DNA from: Balanoglossus misakiensis
Lineage: Eukaryota; Animalia; Hemichordata
Assembly (NCBI GenBank): GCA_040954595.2
Contig: CM082580.2
Coordinates: 14,460,389-14,524,388, forward strand
Length of the DNA stretch: 64,000 bases
Reading direction: 5' to 3'
Shown piece after piece: positions 40,273-54,000 of the stretch. The notes beneath the pieces were generated by a model. It saw only the letters and a list, made by a program, of their open reading frames with translations, made no database searches and was not told the DNA's origin. Position numbers and translations under genes: made by a program. Positions within the stretch are counted from its first letter, which is position 1. Every line of letters starts with the position of its first letter.

Positions 40273-43200
40273 TTAAAAGGAAGCACATCTTGGTGAATAA
40301 CATGTCCACTCATCAAAATGCCCTCTTAAAATAACTGTGGACAGGTCCATTGGACACTCATTGTTCAAAAAATGCCAGCAACCTGCTTGGTTTGGTATCT
40401 AACACGTTTAAAAAAAAATTCTGACGAATAATAATCCGGTCCAGTTTGTCCAAATACCTCAAAGTGATTCCATGGAAACTGTATCTCAAAATGAATATTT
40501 TGTTTGACAACAATGTTCTTACACCTAAAGCAAACTTCAATTAAAATTGGCTCAATGCAATTTTATTGACTTTCTTAAAACCATTTCCCTGTTTTCCACG
40601 TTGTTTTTTGATGGGAAATATAGATTTGAAAAAATCGAGCAGGCAACATGCTGCGCCGCCTTAATGGAAAATATGATGATGTTAATACTCTTGGCACAAA
40701 CTCTCACTTCCCTCTGCTTGACTATGGATACATTTTACATAGCAGCAATGTAATCATTGGTTCGCTGCCGTGTCTCATAGAGGTTCCTAATCCTACAGTA
40801 ATTTACAAAGCTGTTTAAGAAATTGACAACGGCAATATAAATGATAGACCAGATGCACTGATTAATTCACTTAGGCCGTAAAATATCCCTCCCTAAGAAT
40901 CTTGATGATGTTGTTAACGCCACAATATGTTTACGTCACAGTGAAATGGGGGCCTGTACATGCAACGTGACTAATAGCGGTTCAGCAGTTACACCATTAA
41001 TGGACCCATTGTTTCTTTAGCTCCGGACCTTAATTCCATCTAAAAAGTTTGGCTGTTTTTACCAATTAACTAGTGTTATTCTCGATGTTCCTGTTTGTGC
41101 ATTTACACCTTAAATATGAAAATATCACCTCTATCAACCGTGCTAATCCCATGAGTGATCGTTAAATTGTCCACATGTGAGAAAATTGCGAACTAAAACG
41201 GTTGTACATTGCGTTTCCATGGACATGTACAATAGTGATTATTCAAAAACCGTATAGAATGCCATCTGAAAAGGCTAGTCATTTATAAAGCTATTAAGAG
41301 CTGGGATGAATCAGAAACGCTGTTCATAGGTGTGTCTGCATATACGTACTCTTGTCACTTTCACTCCATTAAGGTTGGGTATCCGTGCAAAACCCTAATA
41401 AGTCTTCTACAACATTCTGCGGTCTGTCACCATCCCCATAGTAAACAGATTATGTTGGCACTGTTACAATATTGAACTTGATCACTGTTTGAAAAGGCGC
41501 ATTCTCCAACCGAGGACAAACCTCCCTCAGAGTTTTTCGTCTTCGGACTACATGTTGGTTAGAAACCGTGTTGATGGCATGTGTCACATTCACATTCATT
41601 ATTCAAAGATACCTAGAAAATGTCAGCTCAAGATGTGTCTTCAGATGGTTTTTGCAGAAACCATGAGAACTGTTTGTTTCTTTGAATATTAACCCCCCCC
41701 CCCCCTCGAAACGAGAATATAGGGGTTAAGAACCAAGCGCTGTGTTAGCATATCAATACAATTATATAGATGCAATAGTATACTGAATCTACACTGTGAA
41801 GGTGTAGTGCATGTTTACATTAGGGGGTTATTGATTAATTTCAGTAATTCTATGGCCACGTTCTACATGTAGGAAGTGAGAATTGTTTCTGCAGAATGAG
41901 CAATATCCGAAATTAAAATCCATAGCGAATACGTTGAATGGCTTTTATCACGTACTTCTCTTCCTTAGGATTTTAATGCGGTTTCGCCAAACACAAGGAA
42001 TGCCATTAACAGACTAACCTCCTTATTAAGCATCACATTATGATATTCCAAGTGAAACTTCTCTCCCAACATCTGGTCATTTATTTCACGTTTTCGCTTA
42101 TTTAGAAACTTAGAAACATTCTCAAGATATACCAGGTTACTTGATATGGAAATGCGTAAGTGGAAAAGATCATTTCATTAATTTTGGTTTCAAGTGAATG
42201 CATTTTTACCTATGACAGCAACTTTTGAATGAGCAAAACCCAAAATAAATGAGTGGAAGTTCTCTTGCATCCGACATTATGCATGATTTCTATCACAGTC
42301 CACCCTTCATAAGAAAAGTGTCATGTACTGCGCTGTGAACATTTGATGGGTGCTTGAATGTGAGCATGTGATGCTATTGGAAGTTACATTGGAGTTACAC
42401 ACACCCACTGACTTCAATTTGTCCTGCTCTTGACTGCCAAGGTCGATATGCAGTGCATCATACCTGTACATTTGACTCCAGATAGTTTGCAAGACACTGA
42501 CGCTTCTCTTCACAGCGTGTGTCATACATCATAAAATATTATGAGTGACAAAGTCATGTAGTTCTTTGTGACAGTGCAGCGAGGTCGGTGCGATAAAATT
42601 GATTTACACCGTTGTTGATGGTCTCAGTAGTGGGATAATAAATTGACATATAAAATGAGTGCCCCAAGCGAAGGAGGTAACTTAATTTAGAAATGGTCAT
42701 TAGATACAGGATAAGATTAATGAAATATCTGGTTTGACCTTCTATTGAGTGTTTAGAGTTAAGAATTTTAGTTCCATTTGTATTTTTCAGCTGACTTAAC
42801 GTTAATTGCAAAGTCATGCATAAATAGTCATGAATAATATGGACTGACAGTTTTTACATGGTTTGTATGATGCGTTTAATCTACGTTATAGGAGATCCTT
42901 CCACATTTTTGACCATCAACTGCCATATCTAAAAATTCTGGACCACGGTATCTGAAAATTGCAATAGCTTCACAATGGTTAAAATGGAACCACCATGAAT
43001 GCTTAAATCACAATTCATAAAGCTTTTGTAAAGGTGACACCGGTTTTTGATCATGATTTCTCTACTCCCAGGATCCTTTCATTACTGCTCACAATTCCAT
43101 CAATTAGCGTCAGATCCGTGCCACTGTTACATCATTTGATATGTATTCTCTGAGTGCCTTTAATATCATTTGTCACGAATGACGTCAAATCCATGGCAAC

Positions 43201-45006
43201 CGCGTGAAAATACAGGTGATTTCAAGGCTGATGTATCAATCAAACTTATGGTATCTCCGCTTGAAGGCAAATTATTATATTTTCTTTACTATCAAAGGTC
43301 AAATTAATACCGATACCGAAGAACTATGTGAATGATACTATCCCAAGATTCTTCTTTTGTAAAGAGTGGCCATTGAACTTACTTGCAAAGTCTTATGAAA
43401 AATTGCATTTGTATCGACCTGACATGATAAAATGATGCGAGTGTTTGTCGGGTAAATGTAAAATGAAAATTTGGATTACTCTTTTGTCTGCAACTACTAT
43501 TTTACATGCTTCACAAACGATAATTGTAAAACAATTGAACAAGAATTTTACCCAGAATGCATACCTCGGTTGATGATTATTACATATTCTTCATCAACTG
43601 GGCTAATACTATAAATGGAGAGGTGAGAACAATGGTATTGACAATTAAGCATATTTGATCGATTACACCAACACGTGAGTGTGACTGCCCTGAAGAGACA
43701 GTAACGAGAGTTTCATTTATCTTTGTTTACGGTGAAATGTTAGGTCAGTATACAATAAATCATGAAGGTTTAGTGTTTTGCCCATTCCATATTTTTCATT
43801 TGACTCGTGGAATGTTGTAAGCGCGGCAGCAGTTCATACAAAAATTTACAGGACTCGTCCTCCATCTAAATTAACATGGTATGTTCATTTAATATTATTG
43901 TTGTTCATGGGGATCAAACTTTGGGTCAAAACTGACTCAACCATGTTGCTTTGTTACATGTCATTTAATAGCAAAGAGGTTCAGGAGAATACAAACTGCA
44001 CTACATTTATTTTCTTTTTGTATGAGTTTGTACAAATGCAGACACCAAAGTTAGTTGCTTAAATCAAATTTTTGCAAAAGCTGACAAACGATCATCACCC
44101 AGACGTGAGGCTAAATATCCTTGAATTATTTTAATATTTATCTGAAATGAAAATTTCTGTTTTAAACGAGCAATGTCTTTTCACTAAACCAATTTCTAAT
44201 TCATTTGAACAATACCTAAAATTGCTATCCTGCAAAATTGTGGCAGGAAATCAGTATGGGAATTATCAGCCAAAATACACAGGAAGTACAATGCCTGTGA
44301 CAAATTATTACAATTAGATGTACATGTAGTATAGGAGCCTGGTGGCACCTGATGTGAGCATCAATCATCTGTGGCCACCGCACATGCAAGTATGGACATC
44401 TGCGTTCACTGTTGTGTGGACTATTATTTAGCGATTGCTCTCGTCATTAATTTAGTTCTGACATGTACTATTTTGGGATGCATCGTGCTATCCTTTTAAA
44501 TTCAAGGTTCAGTTTTGAAAAAAGATAATTAAGGATTAAAACTTGAATTGCAAATGGCGATGAACATTAAGGAAACTGACTGAATGATCAGACGCCGTGC
44601 ATGAAAGTTAGGCTTTCAAGCGCATGCGTGTCAACGTCCAATGGCGAGAGGTGCGAACTGGAAAACAGAGCGGTGCTGTAACTCTGTCCTTACTCTCGCT
44701 AGTCCTCACCAATGGGGAATACATAACGGCTGCACCAGGAACTCAACCGTCGTTCATGCGCATATGCACATACATCTGGGTTTCATTTGATTTGAGCCAG
44801 ACTCTTAAACGCGATTAGAGACTAAACTTAGACGTTTTCTTTCGGTCCGGAAGGGTGATCACTAGCTATTGTCAAACCAGACAAGGTTGGTTTAACCGAT
44901 AATAATATCCACTTTCTCTCGTCAAGTCAACAACATTGATTCAGTCTGTAATTTGTTGACAGGAAGTGAATCTGGTCTCCGTCAACCTGGAAACTAGCAC
45001 TTGACG

Positions 45007-48000
45007 ATGACAGAGGTGATAACCAGTGAAGAGGCCTGTCTTCAGCAGTTCGACCCATTCAATGGAACCACTAACGGTAGGGACATATTTTTCTGCATAA
45101 TACAAATAACATTTCGTTTTCCCTTCCCCCTCATGCAAACCCTCCTTTCTGCTATATTATCTTTGCCACTTGAAGTTAAACATTTACTTGCATGTGTAGT
45201 ATTGTACCACGTACGTCCATAGCCATCACGAATTTCCAATGTAAAGAATCGCACAGACCTCATTCCTGTACAAAAATAGCAATGCAGTTCAATTTGCCCT
45301 TCATAATTAAAAATAGCTGTGTTCGATCACTGGGCAGATTACTTTACATGCAGGATACTTTTGTATTGGTCTTGTTCATGTGCCATGATCGCCAAACCTG
45401 ATATCGGGTAGGAATTTTGACAATTTGCACTAACGGCCCTTCAGGGTCTATTCTTCAACATCACGTTCGCTTGAGACCGCACACATTGTTGAAGAATATG
45501 GAAGTTACAATGGGTGCATTAAGTTTGCTTTTGCCATGTTTTTCCTTTAAGAGATGTGGACAATTCTAAGGTGATGGGGAAAGTATAAACATGCAACTCG
45601 AACCAGAGAATGCTGCAAACACTTAGAGCCTATACAAGGCGTTAATGGATACCAGAAGTAGAGTTCCTTATCGCATGAACCCATAGTGGTCTTTTCCCAG
45701 GGTCTGTTGTAAAATATTAAGCATAACTAATGTTGCCGTTCAAGCTTAAAGTATATGAACACTACAAGCGACGTCGACAGTCACTGCCCTGGCTACAGTT
45801 AAACGAAAATCATCGTCTAAGAACCCTAATCCACTGTACATGTAAAAGAACATTGAATACCTGTCGAGTTGGCCCTAACAACACAGACACACCATGTCCA
45901 CATGTGGTCGCTGCAAACAACTGATGAGGTAGTAAGACAGTAATTCTGATCTTTCTGGAAATATTTTAATGCAACTCTGTGGGTGAAATTGCGGCATATT
46001 TCAGAAAACTAATACAGTATTCAAGCAATATTGATAAACAGAATGACATATAAAGTTATTTTTGCTGCTAATGGGACGTGTCACAGATAAAAATGATTGT
46101 TATATACGTGTCCATTCTAGAATGCATTCAATGATGAAACATTCTTGATGATCACCTTCAATGAATTCATCCCATGGAAAGAATAGATCAAGATGGATGA
46201 AGCTGGTATTTCTAAATACACAATTACAATGTAGGTTTAAATAAAGTAAACATGAAGGTATTATGAAATAGGCAGGTAGAAAAGACAGGTCAAGCCAAAT
46301 TTATCCAGATGGATTGAATGCTGATTCCTCACACATTGGTTGCTTGATGAACTGACTGATAAAATAACACATTTGATTAACCGTTTGTTTCAGAACATAG
46401 GGAACGTTAACACACTGGTATGTACCGGTATGTAACTTATAAAAAGGTCGCCAAATTAAATGATAATGTTTCAAGAAGAAATATTCCACCATTCACAGTT
46501 GGAAACGTAGTTGTAATATATCAGTCCTTCCTCACCGGATCTTGCTGATAATATACCTTGAATGATTCAATTCCTTGTTATTGAATTTTTTTACATCCTA
46601 TTCAGTGATGCCACTGTTAACATATACGCACTGGAGAATTCTACTTACTTACATTTCAGCCCTTTTTATAAGTACAGAGGTGCCTTAGCCAAATTTGCTA
46701 TTCATAGGCACTCTTGTTATTCTAATAACTGCGGGAGAGCACACACTTTTAACCCATCACCACATGCTGAGCTACCCTTTGACGGAAAATTCATTTCGAC
46801 CGATGCTATTGAAATATTTCTATCACTTAGTTGTAAACAGTCGTCACATGGTGTGTCAACTTCGACCTGAACGGTGTGAATTTCCGATCAACCTCTCATG
46901 GACTCATCATGGTGTAAAAAATGGTTGTTGCTGCATTTGCAGAGGTTATCACAACCTACGTTCACCGTTCCGGCAGATTATGGGCATTATTGGCTCTCCT
47001 GGAGGGTCAACATTGAGACATGCGGATTAATAGCCACCCATTACCACTGTCTTCATGCCAACCAACCCCATCCATCATCTCTAATGGGTAGATCTACTTT
47101 GCACCATAACCAAAGAACTATAGTGCGTGGAAAATGTATGGCGTGGACGACGGGGTTCACATAAATCATAATAGATTTAAAAGGGACTTCCAAATCATAA
47201 TCAATTTAACAATGAATAGCGTGTCTGGTCAATAATTCAGATGGAGCAGGTGTCTGGGCAGGAGTATGCACCACCTGTACAGTGTCGCAATACTATGAAG
47301 CAATACTCATTCTGCATAGGTAGCTACCATCATGTGCAGATGACTGATTGGTTGTGCTTCAACTTAGGGAGAGACATATTCTAAATATCCAGTCTACTCT
47401 AGACTACTGATCGATAAATATCGAGAAACCTGAATGAAACAAAATCTCGGCATTGTTAATTGAAATTAATCGAGAATAACATAAATATTGATTTTCTTCC
47501 ATCTATTTTTCTAATTCCAATAAATGACAATAGCATGTCATACACACATCTGTCTTAGGAGGAACATATACTCTTTCACCAGGGTTGTGACCGGTAACAT
47601 TCCTATTGTGGATGAAATTGTGTTTTCATTTCTGCGGAAACTGCTCGCTATGGGGATCTGCTTGAAGGTTCTTTTTGATCTGTCTTTCCCCCACTTTCTT
47701 TATTTGATCACTACCACAATCCATCCGCTTCCTCGTATCTTTTTACATGTAATTTTACTATTTGGTTGCATTTGTGCAGACATGCCTCAGCATTTCGAGG
47801 GAACAAAACCCGTCTAGAATTTTAATGCGGGGATCTGAGTAGCGGAGATTACTCGTAATGCGGATAGTTGAGTAGTTTTTGCTTTACAAAAAATAGCTTG
47901 GGAAATTACTGGCGAATCCATGGTTAATAGAACAAGCGTGTTGGATCCCTGGACGCCAGATAATGACCAAGCGCTGGAGAATCTCGCTCGAAAATAAGTT

Positions 48001-51000
48001 AGGCACCTTCTCCGGATTCGTATATCTTTATAAAATCATAACAACACAATATTTGTCCTTCCAATATGACGGATAGCCAACAAAAAACAACTTCCAGGCT
48101 ATGAAACCATGTAAAATTATGTAAATTTCTTTAAGTCTGAAAAAATATATTATTTCAGTTGAATGTGATATTATTGTTTTCATGCAGTAGTTAATGCCAA
48201 CAATTACTGACCACACATCACATGACTCCCTTCCAGGAATACGTTTGTCCGTATAATGGATGATTCATTTTGGGAGTAAAATCAGTTATATCCACAACAA
48301 AGATAGTCATGAATGCGCCAGATGCTTTCAAAGTGACACTTTGACAGTTCTGTTTACCCTTGAGAGAACCTAATCGTGTTTGAAATGTTTGTCCAACTTA
48401 GTGTGATAACAGTCTGGAATCTAGAAACACGCCATGTAAAGTTTAGAAACAGCAGGGTATACTGAAGAATTGTTGAGTCATTTGCGAGCAACGAGGGTTA
48501 AGAATGCACACGTCATGTTTATAGAACACTTAGATATATAAGGTACACACATAGTCCAATATAGACAGAAACATAGATGAAGTAAAAGGCCCTGCAGGGG
48601 AATAGAAAATTCGACATAGGATATTCCCTTCAGCACTCAACTTACAATTGTTTGATCCAAGTTTCTGAATGCTGTTTTGTTATTAAAAAATAAAGTATGA
48701 GCGGGCTGTTTCATCTGAATTTGATATGCTGTTATTGTATTATTATTTAGTTTTATTCTGCATTTATGCACGCACATTGACTTTGTGTGTTATGTACGCT
48801 TTATTATGATTTTAATGCTCGGGTTTCTTTTGTCAATTTGGTGGATTAGTAGACCGTAATTTCAATTTTTAGGTATACGGTAATACATGTAGTAAATTTC
48901 TGTCAAAATGTCAGAACATTTCATAAATCTAATATGCTAATGAAAAAGCGAACATATAATCCACGTCTTCTATGAAATTCATAGCTTTCTGATTTTGTGT
49001 TGTCAATTCATCTCGTATCCGTAAATAGAACTGTATCCATGGAGACATTGGTACAGTTAGCAGTAGAATGGCTAGACTACATATTCTCTCGTGGTAATCT
49101 ACGTATTAGACTGTCGAGATTTATTAATAAAAGTGGACATTTAGCAGACAAACTCAAAGTTTTCCATCATGACCTGGTGATATACCGGTACTCATTTTGC
49201 AACAAAAAGTCCTTTTTTGTGACACAAATGCGTTAACGATTATTAAATTTTGATTTTTTATGCAGACTAAAGGAAATTACGGCTCTCAGCCAAACAGTGC
49301 TCGTATGCCAATTGCTAACTGTAACAGGCTAACCATACACATATACCGGTACATGGCTGTAAACAAGCAGTATATGTAGCCTCTGAATTTTGTGAATTTG
49401 TACATGTACAACAATTTTTGTTTTGTGTCCTCCAATATATAGTGGAAAACAATTGGTGATAGCTGACACCCCAGGAATCAAACATATCACCTCAGTGCAG
49501 AAAACCTCCTCTCTTACCATTAGACCACAAAGGAATTTCTGCTGACAAACCATCGCAAATCCCACATGTATATACCAAATACATAATATAAACTGTATCA
49601 CACACGGCGTTAGGTGCACGTAGGTAACACCCATATAGGTGCATTTCATCACTGAAGCGTACTGCGATCCTGGCTGTCTCCAAGGTGTGAACTGGATGCT
49701 CTCTATTGCCTAAATGATTCCATTACCTTTATTGATTGGCCAGTTTAGCTAGAGGAGGTCTGTTTCTGTCACTTGGTTCATTTAAACGTTCACGCTTATT
49801 AGTGTCATGAAAATGCCAGGGGAGACTGCCATTACTGCAGTGTGGTAAATCCAGACAGTGCAAACACTATAGGGCAGTGTTTCCCTACCCTTGAGATGCT
49901 ATAAGAAATGTTCGCTTGTCAAACCTTGTACCGGTACATCACACCTGGAGTGTTCAGTAAATTGATTGGATGAGACTCGCTTTTTTAAAAGCAGTACCCT
50001 ATACCCGTAGGTAAACACATTGAACACATTAAAGCTAAGTGGGGTCAGGTTTTACATTTGCGGGTTGTAGGAATTCTTCCACACTCTATGAGCAGCAGTG
50101 TTGTGGAAATGGCTTTCCGTTCTTGTTAAGTAAGATAGAAAAACAGTGCAAAACCAGTGAACAATGAACACTCGCATCGACGTTGGTGTCCAAATAAAAC
50201 TGACATGGCTAGCCTCATGGGGGAGGTGTTAAAATTGGTACACAATTATTGTCAATTCGTTTGACATTTTGTGTATGCGTGAACTCTTTCTCAAGTCACC
50301 ATCCTCCACACAGGCTTTACCTATTTTGTGTAAGCCAGGATCAGATTCACAAAAGTAGTTAAAGAGTTTAGTATTGTTTGTGTGTGGTGACAGCTTGTCT
50401 CTGCAGTAAGGACACCTTGTTCCACATATGCAATGTTAACCTGTATGCCATGGTTACCATGGAACCATGTGTGAAGCAGACTGACACTGAGTGTTAAATG
50501 GCAATCAGCTTAGTATATCAAATTTTAATTGTGATTTTTTACAAATGAGCAGAAAAGTTCTACCTGTTTCTAGTCACGTAATGTGGATCAATGGAACTTG
50601 TTTGTCATAGCAAAAACTAGCATACACGCAGTTACTCTTGCTGGCAGTCTGTCCATCATGCAAAAGCTCCCATTTCATCAGCACTTTGTGTATTGAATCT
50701 GATCACATAAATACTCCCAAATTTCCTAAAAATAGAAGACTTAACCTCAACTTATTATAATAGAAATTGCAGCCAAAAATGGCTTAATTGGATTATTTCT
50801 ACCCAGGTTCAATTCAACAGCTGCCATGTTTTTAATCTCTCAACGCATAAAGTTGACCTGGCATTGACCTTTTTCAACAAGTCAATTTTACAGCCTTGTC
50901 TGCAGAAAAAGGCTATCGATGCATAATCAATTCATCACCCATGTACCCATACTTTATCGAACAACTGCCCAGGTTACAATCTACTGGGCACAGGTGTTCT

Positions 51001-54000
51001 CGCATGTCAAAGACATGCTAACCGATGGTAAATCAATACTTTTGCCTATAACCTGTGTCAGCGCAAAGAGACTATTTTCCATGGGGAAGAATAGATTGAC
51101 CAGACTGTAATAATGCCATTTGATAAATAAATTTACAACATTACTAATGGAACAGCTATATCTAGTGAAATTTTGTTACATGTTGCTGAACATGCCTGCC
51201 TTTTAAAACACTTTACTCCTTTAATGACATCACAGTGGAGACAAATAAAACAGAAATTTATGATGACCGGACACCTTTTCATTGTACAGCAGGCAATGCA
51301 TATACCGTTACTACAGCAACCAGGTTTGTTTCCACTGATGTAAGCTCCATCGAATTCTGATTCCAAGCAAGTCGATACTTCTTTAAGAAATTTAAATCTT
51401 GATTGAAAACAGCCCGTGTCTGCTATGTGCCCTCTCAGCAACCAAAATTAAATGTCTGTCAAAACTGTTTGGCGTTGCAATAAAATCAATATACAGTTTG
51501 TATTTATGTAAGGTTAGAATCGTTGGAATACTCCCAGGATATGACATACATACTGTATATGTTCAAATTCGGTGATTTTCCCTTCTCGGGGTTTCCATGA
51601 CAACAGTGACGTTGGAGAATCGTGGGGGAGATAGAAAATAATAAACTACATGGAAATATTCCTCGCCTTCAAAAATCATTTGATTTGCAGCAAGGTCTCA
51701 TGATTATGATTCTCACACTGGGTCATTATGGCACATGCATATATCATTATATTTCTATGGTGAAAACCAACCCTGAACACAAGGACGCACAATGTAATTT
51801 AGTTTCACTGGTCACTTTTGAATTCGCAATTCATGATACACCTCAGACACATTCGCATCTTTTACGATAGTTTTGTTTTGACAATTTTTAAAGAGAGTTT
51901 TGGCGAACGCATGTGGGGTCAATTAATAAAATGGCTTTGATTTAATCCTCCTTCAGTGATATATTTAGGAATGATAATTTTGTTTAAAAGAACAAAATGC
52001 TAAACTCTGTGTGTGTTGTCATGGGTTCCAACTGAAATTTGAAATTTTAAGTGCAATGGCTGAGAGAAGGTATAACTATGAATGCTCGCAAGCAAACGTA
52101 AGTTCGGCCATTGCTTTGGCAGTTATAAAAGTGTGCACAGTAAATACAAACAGTGAAAGTTATTCAGACGGAAAGATAATATCGTACTAATACCCATTTT
52201 GCCAAACATCTGCTAGATCAATTGAACTATGAACTAACGCCTAGCCTATGTCAGTTGATACAGAATCGGTGACATTCAGCGTAAATAAAATCATCAGTGA
52301 ATTTACCATGACTAATCACATCAGGATTAACACACAATGTTAAATAAATTATTTTTAAATATTGCCCATATCCATGCAATATTTATCTTTTCACGGATCA
52401 GAGGCTACGCTGTTCATCATCAAACAGAGAGTGCAAGTGTAACTATCATTTCTTCTTTTTCGTCTCAGCTACACCCAACCCCCAAAGTGTTAACATGTTT
52501 TGAAGTCACATTATGTACCGGTATGTATGAGAATATACCAGTATGTATGTATGTATGTTATATTTTGAACTTTTAAATGAGTTTTCCGTTCTTCAGTATG
52601 TAAGTAACAAAATCTTAAATGAATATTTGCCTGTATGAAATGGCCAGACACATAAGTTGAAGAGCTGCCATCTGGATATCTCATAGACCGATATACCTCA
52701 CGTGTTACGAGTCCAAAGCTCATACCCCAAGAGTACAGGGGTGACATGTTTTTTATTTAAATACAGATTGAAATCCAACAAGATGCCACTGAAAGCAAGC
52801 ATGTATGCCTCGCTCAGTGTGTCTGCTATACATGCAGTGAATGCAAAAACAGGAGTTTAGACAGTAAGGTTGACGGGAGCTCTGTATTCTATGGAAAGTT
52901 GGTACAGTTTGTCGTACATGAACCATTTGATCATGTTCTATTAGAACAATAAGTAAATTGCAAGATTTCATGCCCAGTATATGACTGAAATTTGGCGTGT
53001 AAAGATGCAAATATAGCAAAAATTTTATATGTCGTTATGTTTATCACCAAGGCATGGTAGTCATATCTAAATTTTGAAAGACCAGAAATGCTCCTTTCAA
53101 CAACAGTCGTGTGCGAAAAAGCAGCTCAATATGGTGATATGTAAATGTTTGAAAACGACTTCAAAGATCACAAGGATTGGAGACAAAAGTAATTGAGATG
53201 CAAATAGTGTTTTACTTGTTGTAATTAGAGAGATGAAATTAGAATGTACTGCTTGATGGAGCAGACACACGGGACTTAATTCATACACCAGTCACTGACT
53301 GACATATCTTAATAAAACTTATGATGACTTGTCCATACAACACATTTATTTGATCGATCATGAAGACTAAAGGTTGACAAATGTTTTCCATGTTTGATTT
53401 ATGGCTTGGAATTATTCATGGTTTAAATGACATATATTTCTGCTTGGCTTCCTACATAAATATGCATGTCCAAATACTGTAATCTTTAATTACTTCATTA
53501 TTTTGTAAGCTACAGTCACCAAATTCTTTAAATTCCACTATATATGACATCATTCCATGGAAAACTAACTGCCAGTGGGTCTTTTCTTGCAAACATTGCA
53601 GTCTGGACACTGTTGAAAGGGAGATCAGGCTCTCTCAATAAGTCAACAGACAAAACCTCGAATGGCATTTGAATGTCATTCTATGGCAAGAGTAGGATGC
53701 CCATATACTAGTCTGCAACTGATCGCTTTGACCAGACAAGCCGTCGCAGAATTCCTTCGTTAACATTCCAATTTGTTTCCAAGCCCTTGACGGCCTGAGT
53801 TGAGTTGTTTATATTTGTAGACTGAAGAATGGGCGCATGGTGGGGAATTTATAATGTCCATACAGTTCACGTCAGACGGCTTAAAAGAAGTGCCCGACTG
53901 CCAAATGACCTTATGACACATAGGGTCTGGAGTTACTAGCTCAATGTCGCTATTCACTTAACATCTGGGTACTTGTAATTGGTTAAGCTTGTGAATATTT

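Noticed and set aside
39650-40276. Twin near-identical ORFs (72 aa on -, 102 aa on +) that look like a duplicated gene
   Set aside because: They are the two arms of the inverted-repeat element; the stop codons coincide with the TTAA duplications.
49463-49535. Functional tRNA gene
   Set aside because: A and B boxes are recognisable but the cloverleaf stems do not pair; kept only as a tRNA-derived repeat.
51133-51441. Cys-rich 102-aa minus-strand ORF
   Set aside because: No recognisable cysteine spacing, signal peptide or splice context; length is within chance range.
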